Shown: positions 1 to 8,198, counted from the first letter of the stretch. The stretch: 32,000 bases of DNA from Candidatus Iainarchaeum sp. (GCA_037441475.1 JBBISB010000001.1:396418-428417), one strand, 5' to 3'. Notes: a model not told the origin generated them from the letters alone. Program-made: numbers and translations.

Positions 1-455
1 ACTGCATCAGCTGAACAAGAACTTGAAACAACCTTTACATCATATCTTCCAGAAGCTGTACCTGGGAAGTTAGCATCATCAATAACAAACATTGCTGTTT
101 GACCTGGAGCTATACCTGATCCCCATACTGTTTCTGTTTGAGATCTTTTTAAATTTAATGTAGAGTTACCGTCAGTTACATTTACGATATTTAAGATAAA
201 GTCATCAGCAGCAGGGAAATTAACTGTACCTATGTTTTGAACGTAAAATATCATTTTATCATTTGCGTTTATCATACAACCAGAAGTTTGGATAGCAGCA
301 CCCATACAACTTGTATCAACTACACCAGTTGCATCAGAAAGACTATCTATTGTAAACGATTTACCCCATGCAACAACTATTGCAATTAATGCAACAGCAA
401 CAACTATTAAAAGGATTGTTGCAATTAATGGAGATATTGCTTTTTTCATATTCAT
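1..455 (-). CDS. Archaeal type IV pilin-like protein with class III signal peptide; C-terminus lies beyond the window edge
   Basis: My own minus-strand translation from ATG 455 (alternative ATG 449) gives MNMKKAISPLIATILLIVVAVALIAIVVAWGKSFTIDSLSDATGVVDTSCMGAAIQTSGCM... and stays open to position 1. It is absent from the supplied ORF track because it runs off the window. The KKA|ISPLIAT motif plus hydrophobic helix is the archaeal prepilin/flagellin-type N-terminus. An AAGGTGAT Shine-Dalgarno lies at 461-468, 5 nt upstream. Confidence 0.8.
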   Translation of the reverse strand, partial: MNMKKAISPLIATILLIVVAVALIAIVVAWGKSFTIDSLSDATGVVDTSCMGAAIQTSGCMINANDKMIFYVQNIGTVNFPAADDFILNIVNVTDGNSTLNLKRSQTETVWGSGIAPGQTAMFVIDDANFPGTASGRYDVKVVSSSCSADA

Positions 456-460
456 TTTAT

Positions 461-468
461 ATCACCTT
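461..468 (-). promoter_or_regulatory. Shine-Dalgarno site (AAGGTGAT on the minus strand) for the downstream pilin gene
   Basis: The plus strand reads atcacctt, whose reverse complement is AAGGTGAT, 5 nt before ATG 455. Only 33 nt separate the two pilin genes, which implies co-transcription. Confidence 0.6.
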
Positions 469-488
469 ATATTTTTAATTTTTTTAAT

Positions 489-950
489 TTAACTACATCT
501 AGAGATATATGACACTCTATCAGGACAATTTTTCACATGTATCTGCACTCTCTTTAATGGTGTTTGAAGTCCTTTGATTCCATCAACATCGTTTATAAAA
601 GAACCTAAAGACATAGCATTACCAGTAAATGAAGGAGTAATTTCAGTACTTGCAATATTATTTGCATTATCAATAATGGTTAAAACAATATTTTGATCAA
701 TCTTAATGGTAGATCTGTCAAATATTATTAAACTACCAAAACCATTTAATGAAGTGTAAGAACACCCTGAATCAATATATATGTTAACATTACTACAATC
801 TATCCACTCTGAAGAAGTATCTGAAACACTGGTAGTGGTATCTCTAAAATTTTGAGAAGACCATGAATAAAGAATACCTGCTAAAGATAAAGCTACAGCA
901 ACTAAAAGAATTGTTGCAATTAATGGAGATAATGCTTTTTTTTTATTCAT
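489..950 (-). CDS. Archaeal type IV pilin-like protein (class III signal peptide)
   Basis: The N-terminus is MNKKKALSPLIATILLVAVALSLAGILYSW, i.e. basic residues, an A|LSP cleavage-type motif and a hydrophobic helix. The 153-aa protein has a globular part containing four Cys. Confidence 0.85.
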   Translation of the reverse strand: MNKKKALSPLIATILLVAVALSLAGILYSWSSQNFRDTTTSVSDTSSEWIDCSNVNIYIDSGCSYTSLNGFGSLIIFDRSTIKIDQNIVLTIIDNANNIASTEITPSFTGNAMSLGSFINDVDGIKGLQTPLKRVQIHVKNCPDRVSYISRCS

Positions 951-960
951 AACGTTTCTT

Positions 961-976
961 TTTAATATATATTAAA
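961..976 (-). promoter_or_regulatory. TATA-like element upstream of pilin gene 489..950; it is a perfect 16-bp A/T palindrome (tttaatatatattaaa)
   Basis: The element is centred about 18-20 nt upstream of ATG 950 and there is no Shine-Dalgarno between them. This fits a short-leader or leaderless archaeal promoter. In AT-rich DNA the palindrome could be chance. Confidence 0.3.
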
Positions 977-1059
977 TGGATTCTTAAATTAATAATAATA
1001 TATACTATAACATATATAAACCTATCTTCTTTGGTTACCTTAAGGATTTTGTTTATAGG

Positions 1060-1911
1060 TTACAAGAAAATTGCAGAAACTATTACATATAATGGAACTG
1101 CAACCCCTACAAGTATTATGGAGTGCCTTATACCTGCTATAAAATTATTTTCAGAGATTAAACCAATGGTTGGACCTGCAAATAAACCTTGAATTACTAT
1201 TAAATATAAAAAATATTTATTAAAATTTACATTATCCATTGATGCTGCATTTGATGTACTTTCTCCTGTTAAAGAAACTGTACTGTTACTTAACATAGGA
1301 AGGAAAACAATCTGGATTATTAAAATAATTGCAATAAAGACAAAAAACATAAAGTAACTTGAAAAAACTGTAGAGAAGGTTTTAGATTTTCTTTCCTCTA
1401 CCATGTCATTAATAGTCTTTACATAATCGGAGATTGAAGAAAATATTTTGATAATGTTTCCACCAACCTTTGTTGTTTCAGAGATAATCTGTGTTACTTG
1501 CTTAAAAACTTGACTATCAATATTACCAAAAACTTCATTTAAAGCAACATCAAAAGAAACACCAATCTTAATTTGTGCTGCAATTCTTTTTATTGGCTCA
1601 TTTAAATGACCATAATCATGCCTTGAAGCAACCTCAATTGCAGTAACAATATTCATACCACCTTGAAGAAGATCTTTTAAGTCATCTAAGAAAATATAAA
1701 GATTTCTTTCATATGACTTTATTCTTGCAGTGTATATCTGTGCTGCAATACCTATTGATGCTAAGATTGGAAAGATGGCAAACACTAAAAACTTTGTATT
1801 AAATAAAAGAACAAAAAAAATAATAGAGCCTACTAAACCATAAATAATATAGTCTACGAAAAACTTTTGTTTTTCAGATAAATTAATACCAAATTCTTTA
1901 AAAAAATCCAT
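1060..1911 (-). CDS. FlaJ/PilC/TadC-like pilus platform membrane protein with one T2SSF-type domain (second half of a split FlaJ)
   Basis: The cytoplasmic region LYIFLDDLKDLLQGGMNIVTAIEVASRHDYGHLNEPIKRIAAQIKIGVSFDVALNEVFG...ETTKVGGNI is followed by TM helices, the T2SSF/FlaJ pattern. I place the start at ATG 1911. The ORF track uses GTG 1926, which would overlap the upstream gene by 8 nt. Confidence 0.8.
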   Translation of the reverse strand: MDFFKEFGINLSEKQKFFVDYIIYGLVGSIIFFVLLFNTKFLVFAIFPILASIGIAAQIYTARIKSYERNLYIFLDDLKDLLQGGMNIVTAIEVASRHDYGHLNEPIKRIAAQIKIGVSFDVALNEVFGNIDSQVFKQVTQIISETTKVGGNIIKIFSSISDYVKTINDMVEERKSKTFSTVFSSYFMFFVFIAIILIIQIVFLPMLSNSTVSLTGESTSNAASMDNVNFNKYFLYLIVIQGLFAGPTIGLISENNFIAGIRHSIILVGVAVPLYVIVSAIFL

Positions 1912-1918
1912 AATTACA

Positions 1919-2794
1919 TCAACCACTCACTAAGTTAAGCACAGCTATAAAAGAAATATTTACTATTGGAACTAATAAAAATACACCAATCTGGAGAACA
2001 CTAGAAATACTTAAACCAGCTATTCCTCCACCAACCATACCTAAAAGCATAATACCAGAAAATAAAAATAATGGACCGGCAACAACAATTGCAGAGTAGA
2101 TGTCACCAAAAGTTTCTGCTTTTTGGTTTTGGTTATTTAAAAGTAAATTATATTGAAATCTAGCGTGCTCTGCTTTTTTTTTCATAAACTCAGGTAAAGA
2201 TCCACCTGCTTCAATATTTGATTTTAGATCAAGCAAGAATTTTTTTAACTCGTAGGAAGGAGTTTTTCTTGCAGTAATGTCAATTGCCTCTAAAAGAGAG
2301 ATACCTAAGTGGTTTACATAATAAATAATTTTTGAAAACTCCTTATCAAGGTATTGACTTTTATCCTTTATTGTCTTTGTAGAAAAAATTGCAACTGGAG
2401 GTGTACCTGATTCAGCTACACTTGACATACCAATGATTGCTAAAGGAAGAGCGTTCTTTATGCTTGAAACCTTTGTCCCTATTATTAAGTATGGGTTTAC
2501 CATGGCATATGCAATATAACAAATAAACAAAGAAAGTGAAGCAATAATAACTAACTTAATTGAAATTATATCTGGCACTATATTGCTTGCAACAGTTCCC
2601 AAAATAAGAACCATAAACAAAATGAATATTGAAAAGAAAATGTTTTTTGCAAAGTAAACATCTATGTCTGTAGCAATGTCTGCTTGACTTAAAGCCTCTT
2701 CAAAATCATCTGAGTGAATGTCTTTTGTTAAAGGCAAAAAGATCCTGTACAGTTGTTCTTCAAAACTTAACTTTTCTTTTTTCTTTGCGGCCAT
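1919..2794 (-). CDS. FlaJ/PilC/TadB-like pilus platform membrane protein with one T2SSF-type domain (first half of a split FlaJ)
   Basis: The region ...SVAESGTPPVAIFSTKT...LGISLLEAIDITARKTPSYELKKFLLDLKSNIEAGGSLPEFMKKKAEH... is flanked by TM helices. This is the typical archaeal FlaJ/PilC cytoplasmic domain signature (tPS...fl.gl...sGg.l). Confidence 0.8.
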   Translation of the reverse strand: MAAKKKEKLSFEEQLYRIFLPLTKDIHSDDFEEALSQADIATDIDVYFAKNIFFSIFILFMVLILGTVASNIVPDIISIKLVIIASLSLFICYIAYAMVNPYLIIGTKVSSIKNALPLAIIGMSSVAESGTPPVAIFSTKTIKDKSQYLDKEFSKIIYYVNHLGISLLEAIDITARKTPSYELKKFLLDLKSNIEAGGSLPEFMKKKAEHARFQYNLLLNNQNQKAETFGDIYSAIVVAGPLFLFSGIMLLGMVGGGIAGLSISSVLQIGVFLLVPIVNISFIAVLNLVSG

Positions 2795-2854
2795 ATATAA
2801 ATATATCTATATTTTTAATTATTTATAAGACCATTTTATTTTTATATGTTTCTG

Positions 2855-2866
2855 TTTAAGAAAAAA
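2855..2866 (-). terminator. Oligo-T tract immediately after the DRG stop codon
   Basis: The minus strand reads TAG-TTTTTT-CTTAAAC directly after the stop at 2867-2869. Oligo-T is the known archaeal intrinsic termination signal. Confidence 0.4.
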
Positions 2867-3973
2867 CTACATATTAAACTCAACAACATCTCTGTTCTTT
2901 AAAACATAGTTTCTAGAAACTGTTTGGCCAGGGTATTTTGTAGAACCCCAAACTTTTGCTGATTTAAGATTTTTAGAAATTGTCTTATGTATTAATTTTG
3001 CTGCATCAAAAACAGTGTTACCTTTATCTAAAACTAAAGGCTCTCTTTTATCAACCTTCTGACCTGGTTTTTTAGTATAAACAATCACCTTATCTAAGAT
3101 CTCATATATCTTTTCTGTAACCTCTTGCTTGAAAGTAAAATCATATACCGGTAAGGTCTTATAGATTTTAACAGAAGGAAGGTTTTTTGAAAAAGGCATT
3201 GAAACAACCATTGCTGAAAGAAAGGTTGCTCTTGGGTTTATTAAAAGCATTAAATCTTCTAAAGTTGTTTTCTGATTTAAGATAATGTTATGAGACCTGA
3301 AACCAGAGGACTTTAAGATATCAATTGCTTGCTCTTTTGAAACTTCTAAAAAATGATCGTTTACAAAAGAAACACCTGCAAACTCACTTCTTGAAATTTG
3401 TATGTTAGGTCTTTTTTTAGTTATGAAAACATCTTGCTCTTCTAAAATTTCAATCAAGCTATTAAGCTCCTCAACAGAACCATCCCTTATCATTAAAATT
3501 AAAGCATCACATACCCTTACCATAGAGTATATTTGAGGAGTAAGCTCATGATTTTTTAAAAAAGCAGGAAGCTCTATTAACTGTATTAAAGCTCCACCAT
3601 AGTTAAGGATACCAACCTCTGGTTTAGTGGTGGTGTAAGGGTAAGGGGCAATAACAGGTTTTGAGTTTGTGTACTCTGTTAAAAAAGTGCTTTTTCCAGA
3701 GTTTGCAAAACCAAAAAGTAAAATCTGGCCTGCTCCTTCCTTCTTAATGTTTATTGTGCTACCTGTTCTTTTTCCAGCAGCCGCTTGTTTTTCAAGCTTG
3801 GATTTTAGGGAAGCTAGTTTTCTTGAAAGATCCTTTCTTAAGTTCTCTCCTCCTTTGTGTGCAGGAGCACGAGAGATCATTTCTTGCAGAGCAATTATCT
3901 TTTCTTCATCATTCCTTGCTTCGTCATACTTTTTCTGAGCGATAGCATATTCAAAGGATACGTTTGCTGGCAT
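2867..3973 (-). CDS. DRG-family (Rbg/Drg, Obg-like) GTPase with C-terminal TGS domain
   Basis: The P-loop is GFANSGKSTFL and the N-terminal helical region is IIALQEMISRAPAHKGGENLRKDLSRKLASLKSKLE. The TGS-like C-terminus is AKVWGSTKYPGQTVSRNYVLKNRDVVEF. Length is 368 aa. Confidence 0.85.
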   Translation of the reverse strand: MPANVSFEYAIAQKKYDEARNDEEKIIALQEMISRAPAHKGGENLRKDLSRKLASLKSKLEKQAAAGKRTGSTINIKKEGAGQILLFGFANSGKSTFLTEYTNSKPVIAPYPYTTTKPEVGILNYGGALIQLIELPAFLKNHELTPQIYSMVRVCDALILMIRDGSVEELNSLIEILEEQDVFITKKRPNIQISRSEFAGVSFVNDHFLEVSKEQAIDILKSSGFRSHNIILNQKTTLEDLMLLINPRATFLSAMVVSMPFSKNLPSVKIYKTLPVYDFTFKQEVTEKIYEILDKVIVYTKKPGQKVDKREPLVLDKGNTVFDAAKLIHKTISKNLKSAKVWGSTKYPGQTVSRNYVLKNRDVVEFNM

Positions 3974-4563
3974 TATAAATCACTTATTTTAATAACTATT
4001 AATTTTTCAAAAAAAATATTCTTTTCAGATAAAACAGTAAAGTAAAGATTTTCTTTTAAGATTAATGAATATATCTTCTCAAGATTGTTGTATGAGGATA
4101 ATAAAAGGTATGCAGAACCATTTTTATTTAAATGCTTTTTTAAAGATTTTAAAAAATTAATGATAACCTCACTTCCATCTTTTCCACCATCTGTTGAAAA
4201 AACCTCAATTTCCTCTGAAGGAACGTATGGGGGGTTAAAGACAATTACATCATAGGCTTGGTTTTCAATTTCTGAAAAGAGATTAGATTGTTTAATCTCT
4301 AGTTTTCCTAAAGCATATTTTTCTTTAACTTCTAAAAGATAGTTTACAACCTTTAAATCAATATCAACTGCTGTTAGTTGTTCAAAGAAATCATAAGCTT
4401 CAAAGGTTATTAATCCTGTTCCTGGCCCTATCTCTAAGAAACTCTTTTTATCTTTCTTAAACTCTTTTCTTAAAGTCTCTATTAAAAGATAAGTATCATC
4501 TGAAGGAAGGTATACTTCAGGTGGAACCTTAAGATGATAATCTTTATAATTAATTTGAATCAT
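3973..4563 (-). CDS. HemK-related / Mtq2-like class I SAM-dependent methyltransferase (putative release-factor glutamine N5-methyltransferase)
   Basis: It has the SAM motif LEIGPGTGLITF, the NPPY motif VIVFNPPYVPSEE, and N-terminal VYLPSDDTYLLIE. Its TAA stop overlaps the DRG ATG by 1 nt (TAATG). Confidence 0.75.
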   Translation of the reverse strand: MIQINYKDYHLKVPPEVYLPSDDTYLLIETLRKEFKKDKKSFLEIGPGTGLITFEAYDFFEQLTAVDIDLKVVNYLLEVKEKYALGKLEIKQSNLFSEIENQAYDVIVFNPPYVPSEEIEVFSTDGGKDGSEVIINFLKSLKKHLNKNGSAYLLLSSYNNLEKIYSLILKENLYFTVLSEKNIFFEKLIVIKISDL

Positions 4564-4574
4564 ATATATGATAT

Positions 4575-5333
4575 ATGGAGATAAAAGAATATAAGCATTA
4601 TCTTGACATGCACTGTCATTATGATCACATACCTATACCTGAAATTAAAGAGGTTTTTAAAAAAAAAGAGATTATAGCTGTTGCTCAATCAACCTCAATT
4701 GAAGATTATAGAAGATATTTAGAGATTAAAAAAGAAAAAATACCTAACCTTTATTTTGGATATGGACTTTATCCTGATAATGTCTTAAAAAAGAACTGGA
4801 AAGAGATTGAAAAAGATCTTGATGAAATTGATTTTAAAGAAGCACTGGTTATTGGAGAAATTGGGCTTGATAAGAAAATAACTGAAGATCCTTTTAAGTT
4901 TAAGTTGCAAGAAAAACTTTTTGAAAAACAACTTGAAATTGCAAAAGAAATTAAGAAACCAGTTGTGGTGCATACAAGGGAGGCTACCAAAGAAACTTTA
5001 GATTTTTTAAAATCATGGCCAGATGTCCAAATAATATTACATTGGTTTACAGGAAGTCCTGAAGAAATAAATGAAGCGCTCTCAAGAGGATATTTCCTAA
5101 CAAACAGGTTTGCAAGACCTAAAGTAGAAACCATAAAAAACTATTTAGACCAGATATTTATAGAAACAGATATCCCTATTTGGCAAAATGGAAAAGAAAC
5201 AACTATTGAGAGCATAAAGGAATCATATGAGGTTTTTTCTAAGAAAAATAACATTCCTTTAGAAGATTTAAAAGAAAAGATGATTAACAACTTTTTAAAA
5301 CTGTTTCCTACTATAATAGATATAGAAAAATAA
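4575..5333 (+). CDS. tatD: TatD-family metal-dependent hydrolase/DNase
   Basis: The TatD motif series is present in order: LDMHCHYDH, GEIGLD, VVVHTREA, ILHWFTGS, ETDIP. Confidence 0.85.
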   Translation: MEIKEYKHYLDMHCHYDHIPIPEIKEVFKKKEIIAVAQSTSIEDYRRYLEIKKEKIPNLYFGYGLYPDNVLKKNWKEIEKDLDEIDFKEALVIGEIGLDKKITEDPFKFKLQEKLFEKQLEIAKEIKKPVVVHTREATKETLDFLKSWPDVQIILHWFTGSPEEINEALSRGYFLTNRFARPKVETIKNYLDQIFIETDIPIWQNGKETTIESIKESYEVFSKKNNIPLEDLKEKMINNFLKLFPTIIDIEK

Positions 5334-5349
5334 AAAGAAAGAAAAATAT

Positions 5350-6015
5350 ATGAGCGAAGAAAATAACTTTGAAAACATGGATATTCATGTAAAACCTAAA
5401 AAAGTATGTGAGACAAAAGACATAATCATAGCTTGGCTTGGAATATCCTTATGTTTTGCTTTAGTCCTTGGCGGGTATAATCTTTTTAGACTTAAAAACC
5501 TTGCAAACTTTTCAATAATAGATTTTTTAATATTATTATTTGTAAGCTTAATTGTTACAGGAACAGCTTTTATATTACATGAACTTGCACACAAGTACTC
5601 TGCTATCTATTATGGAGCAAAAGCTAAATTTGTTAAATGGAATATGCCACTTGTGTTTGCTATATTCTTTGCATTTTTAGTAGGTTTTGTTTTTGTAGCT
5701 CCAGGAGCAGTTTATGTTTTTGGAAAAAGACTTTCAACAAAAGAGAATGGTATTGTTTCAGTTGCAGGTCCAGTTACAAATATTCTTTTAGCAGGAGTTT
5801 TCTTTTTACTTTATGTTTTAATAAAAACAGAGAGCACTATTGTCTTAATGATATTTACCTTAGGAATATTAATTAATCTTTGGATTGCCTTCTTTAATCT
5901 TTTACCTATAGGTCCATTAGATGGAAAAGCAATCTTTGTATGGAATCCTTTTATCTGGGTTCTTTTAATGGTAATTTCCTTTGGAGGATATCTTTTATTT
6001 TCTGGAATAATTTAA
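5350..6015 (+). CDS. M50-family (site-2 protease-like) intramembrane zinc metalloprotease
   Basis: The HExxH motif sits inside a TM helix (LHELAHKY). The second signature NLLPIGPLDG is present, and the protein is polytopic. Confidence 0.85.
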   Translation: MSEENNFENMDIHVKPKKVCETKDIIIAWLGISLCFALVLGGYNLFRLKNLANFSIIDFLILLFVSLIVTGTAFILHELAHKYSAIYYGAKAKFVKWNMPLVFAIFFAFLVGFVFVAPGAVYVFGKRLSTKENGIVSVAGPVTNILLAGVFFLLYVLIKTESTIVLMIFTLGILINLWIAFFNLLPIGPLDGKAIFVWNPFIWVLLMVISFGGYLLFSGII

Positions 6016-6030
6016 TAAAAAAGAAAAAGA

Positions 6031-6050
6031 TTTATTTTTTAAAAAAAAGA
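6031..6050. terminator. Bidirectional oligo-T/oligo-A tract between convergent genes (M50 protease and cdc48)
   Basis: The sequence tttattttttaaaaaaaaga presents a T-run on each strand in the 44-nt convergent spacer. Confidence 0.45.
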
Positions 6051-6059
6051 AAAATAAAC

Positions 6060-8198
6060 CTAGTTAACATAATTTGAAATTCCAGAAAGAGGCTTACCAT
6101 CAGAGGAAACCTTACTTTTAATCTTTGCATAAACTTTTAAGATATGCTCTTTTGAAAGCTTAGTCTCCTTATACTTATTCTCTTTTAAAGCTAAAAACAC
6201 AGCCTCAGTTATCATAAGATTTAAATCTGCAGGAGAGAAGTTATTTGTAAGAGAAACAATCTCATCTATATCAATCTTCTCATTAGGTGTTTTTGATAAA
6301 AGAAGATTTAATATCTCTTTTCTTTCCTTTGTGATAGGAAGCTTAAACTCCATAAACTTATCTATTCTTCCACTTCTTAAAAAAGACTTATCTATAAGCT
6401 CTGGTCTATTGGTTGCACATATAAAAAGAACATCCTTTCCATTTAAGTTATCAAGCTCTGAAAGTAATTGATCTAAGACCTTTATATTTCCTATAGAATC
6501 ATCATGCCTTTGTGTTATTGAATCAATCTCGTCAAAGAAAAGAATTGATGGAGAAACTGCTTTTGCTTTTTTAAAAATATGTCTTATTGTTTTTTCTGAT
6601 TCTCCGACCAATTTGTTAAAGATTTCAGGTCCCTTAACATATAAGAAATTAATACCATGCTCCTTTGCTGTTGCTTTTACAAAAGAAGTTTTTCCTGTGC
6701 CTGGAGGGCCATAGATTAAAATATTTTTAATAGTCTTAACATTATATTTTGAAAGAAGATCTTTTTTGTTAAGAGAAAGATTAATAATCTCTGATAGTTC
6801 TTCCTTTTGTTCCTTTAAAGCCCCTAAGTCAGCATAACTTATCTGTGGGATGTCAACAAACACTTCTCTTAAGGCAGAAGGTTGAACCACTCTTAAACCA
6901 TTATCAAAATCATCTTTTGAAATAACTAAATTTTCTAAGATCTTTGCAGAAATCTCTTTCTTTGGTGAAGAAATATCATGTATCTTACTTTTAATAGCAA
7001 AAATAGCAGCTTCCTTTACTAAAGCAGAAAGATCAGCACCCACAAAACCATGTGTTACTTGTGCAAGTTTTTTTAAATTTACATCTTTTGAAAGAGGAAC
7101 GTTTCTTGTATGTATCTTTAAGATATCAAGTCTTCCCTCTTCATTAGGAACATTAATATCAATTTCTCTATCAAACCTTCCTGGTCTTCTTAAGGCAGGG
7201 TCAATATCATCTTGTCTGTTTGTAGCTCCAATAACAATTACATCTCCTCTTGATGAAGTTCCATCCATAAGTGCAAGAAGTTGAGCAACCACACGCTTTT
7301 CAACCTCTGAAACAAAACCATCTCTCTTTGGAGCAATTGCATCAATCTCGTCAATAAAGATTATTGCTGGGGTTTTACTTTGTGCTTTTTTAAAAATATT
7401 TCTTAATTTCTCTTCAGCTTCACCTACAAACTTAGCCATGATTTGTGGAGCATCTATGCTTATAAAGTTTGCTTTAAGTTCGTTTGATAAGGCTTTTGCT
7501 AAAAGGGTTTTTCCTGTTCCTGGTGGACCATAAAGAAGAATTCCTTTTGGAGGAGTAACATTTAATTTTTCAAAAAACTCAGGATACTTGAAAGGAAGTT
7601 CAACCATTTCTCTTATTTTTTCAATAGCTGGTTTTAAGCCACCAACATCTTCATAACCAATTATTTGACTTATTTCTTTTTTAGAAGAAACTTTTTTATT
7701 AATAATTAAGTTTGTTTCTTCAGATAACATGACAACTTTGTTTGGAGAGGTGCTTGTAACTTCATATAAGTAGTTTGAACCAAAGATGTTTATCATAACA
7801 TTGTTACCGCTTACAAAAGGTCTTCCTAAAAAGTTTTTCTTAATAACAAGATCTTGATTTTCAGATAAGAGGTTTACTTCTTTTAAAGGAGTTAAGATTA
7901 TTTCCTTTGCAACCACTGGTTCTATTCTTTCAATAGTTACAAAATCACCAATAGAGACGCCTGCATTTTTTCTTGTGTACTGATCCATCCTTATGATGTT
8001 TTCCTCTCCTGCTTTGTTCTTCTCAGGCCATACTTGTGCAGCTGTTATGTTTTCTCCCTTGATTAAAACTATGTCTCCAGAGATGATGTTTAGCTTTTGT
8101 TTTACAAAGACATCTAGCTTTACAATGTTTTTACCTACAAAGTCTTCTGAGGCTTCTTGTACCTTTAATTTAATTGAATCTTGTTTTTTTTCTACCAT
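6060..8198 (-). CDS. cdc48: Cdc48/VCP-like AAA+ ATPase with two AAA domains
   Basis: There are two Walker A motifs (LLYGPPGTGKT and LIYGPPGTGKT) and two Walker B motifs (IIFIDEIDA and ILFFDEIDS). A Cdc48-type N-domain is present (IVLIKGENITAAQVWP...GDFVTIE). Length is 712 aa. Confidence 0.92.
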   Translation of the reverse strand: MVEKKQDSIKLKVQEASEDFVGKNIVKLDVFVKQKLNIISGDIVLIKGENITAAQVWPEKNKAGEENIIRMDQYTRKNAGVSIGDFVTIERIEPVVAKEIILTPLKEVNLLSENQDLVIKKNFLGRPFVSGNNVMINIFGSNYLYEVTSTSPNKVVMLSEETNLIINKKVSSKKEISQIIGYEDVGGLKPAIEKIREMVELPFKYPEFFEKLNVTPPKGILLYGPPGTGKTLLAKALSNELKANFISIDAPQIMAKFVGEAEEKLRNIFKKAQSKTPAIIFIDEIDAIAPKRDGFVSEVEKRVVAQLLALMDGTSSRGDVIVIGATNRQDDIDPALRRPGRFDREIDINVPNEEGRLDILKIHTRNVPLSKDVNLKKLAQVTHGFVGADLSALVKEAAIFAIKSKIHDISSPKKEISAKILENLVISKDDFDNGLRVVQPSALREVFVDIPQISYADLGALKEQKEELSEIINLSLNKKDLLSKYNVKTIKNILIYGPPGTGKTSFVKATAKEHGINFLYVKGPEIFNKLVGESEKTIRHIFKKAKAVSPSILFFDEIDSITQRHDDSIGNIKVLDQLLSELDNLNGKDVLFICATNRPELIDKSFLRSGRIDKFMEFKLPITKERKEILNLLLSKTPNEKIDIDEIVSLTNNFSPADLNLMITEAVFLALKENKYKETKLSKEHILKVYAKIKSKVSSDGKPLSGISNYVN

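Noticed and set aside
3669-4045. Three overlapping plus-strand ORFs (62-89 aa) in all three forward frames, antisense to the DRG N-terminus.
   Set aside because: They lie entirely within a well-supported minus-strand gene. Their products are low-complexity (Phe/Ser/Leu-rich) with no motifs. The open frames are explained by the local Lys/Ala/Glu-rich codon content of DRG, which avoids the complements of stop codons.
4769-5134. A 121-aa antisense ORF inside tatD. Similar antisense ORFs occur at 29883..30260 in secD, 11328..11621 and 13144..13431 in pelota/gpmI/priL, and at 15887..16156, 16731..16913, 17043..17246, 25021..25494 and 27247..27462.
   Set aside because: All are nested antisense in genes with strong family motifs and lack start-site signals. 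Their hydrophobic, low-complexity translations are typical of shadow ORFs.
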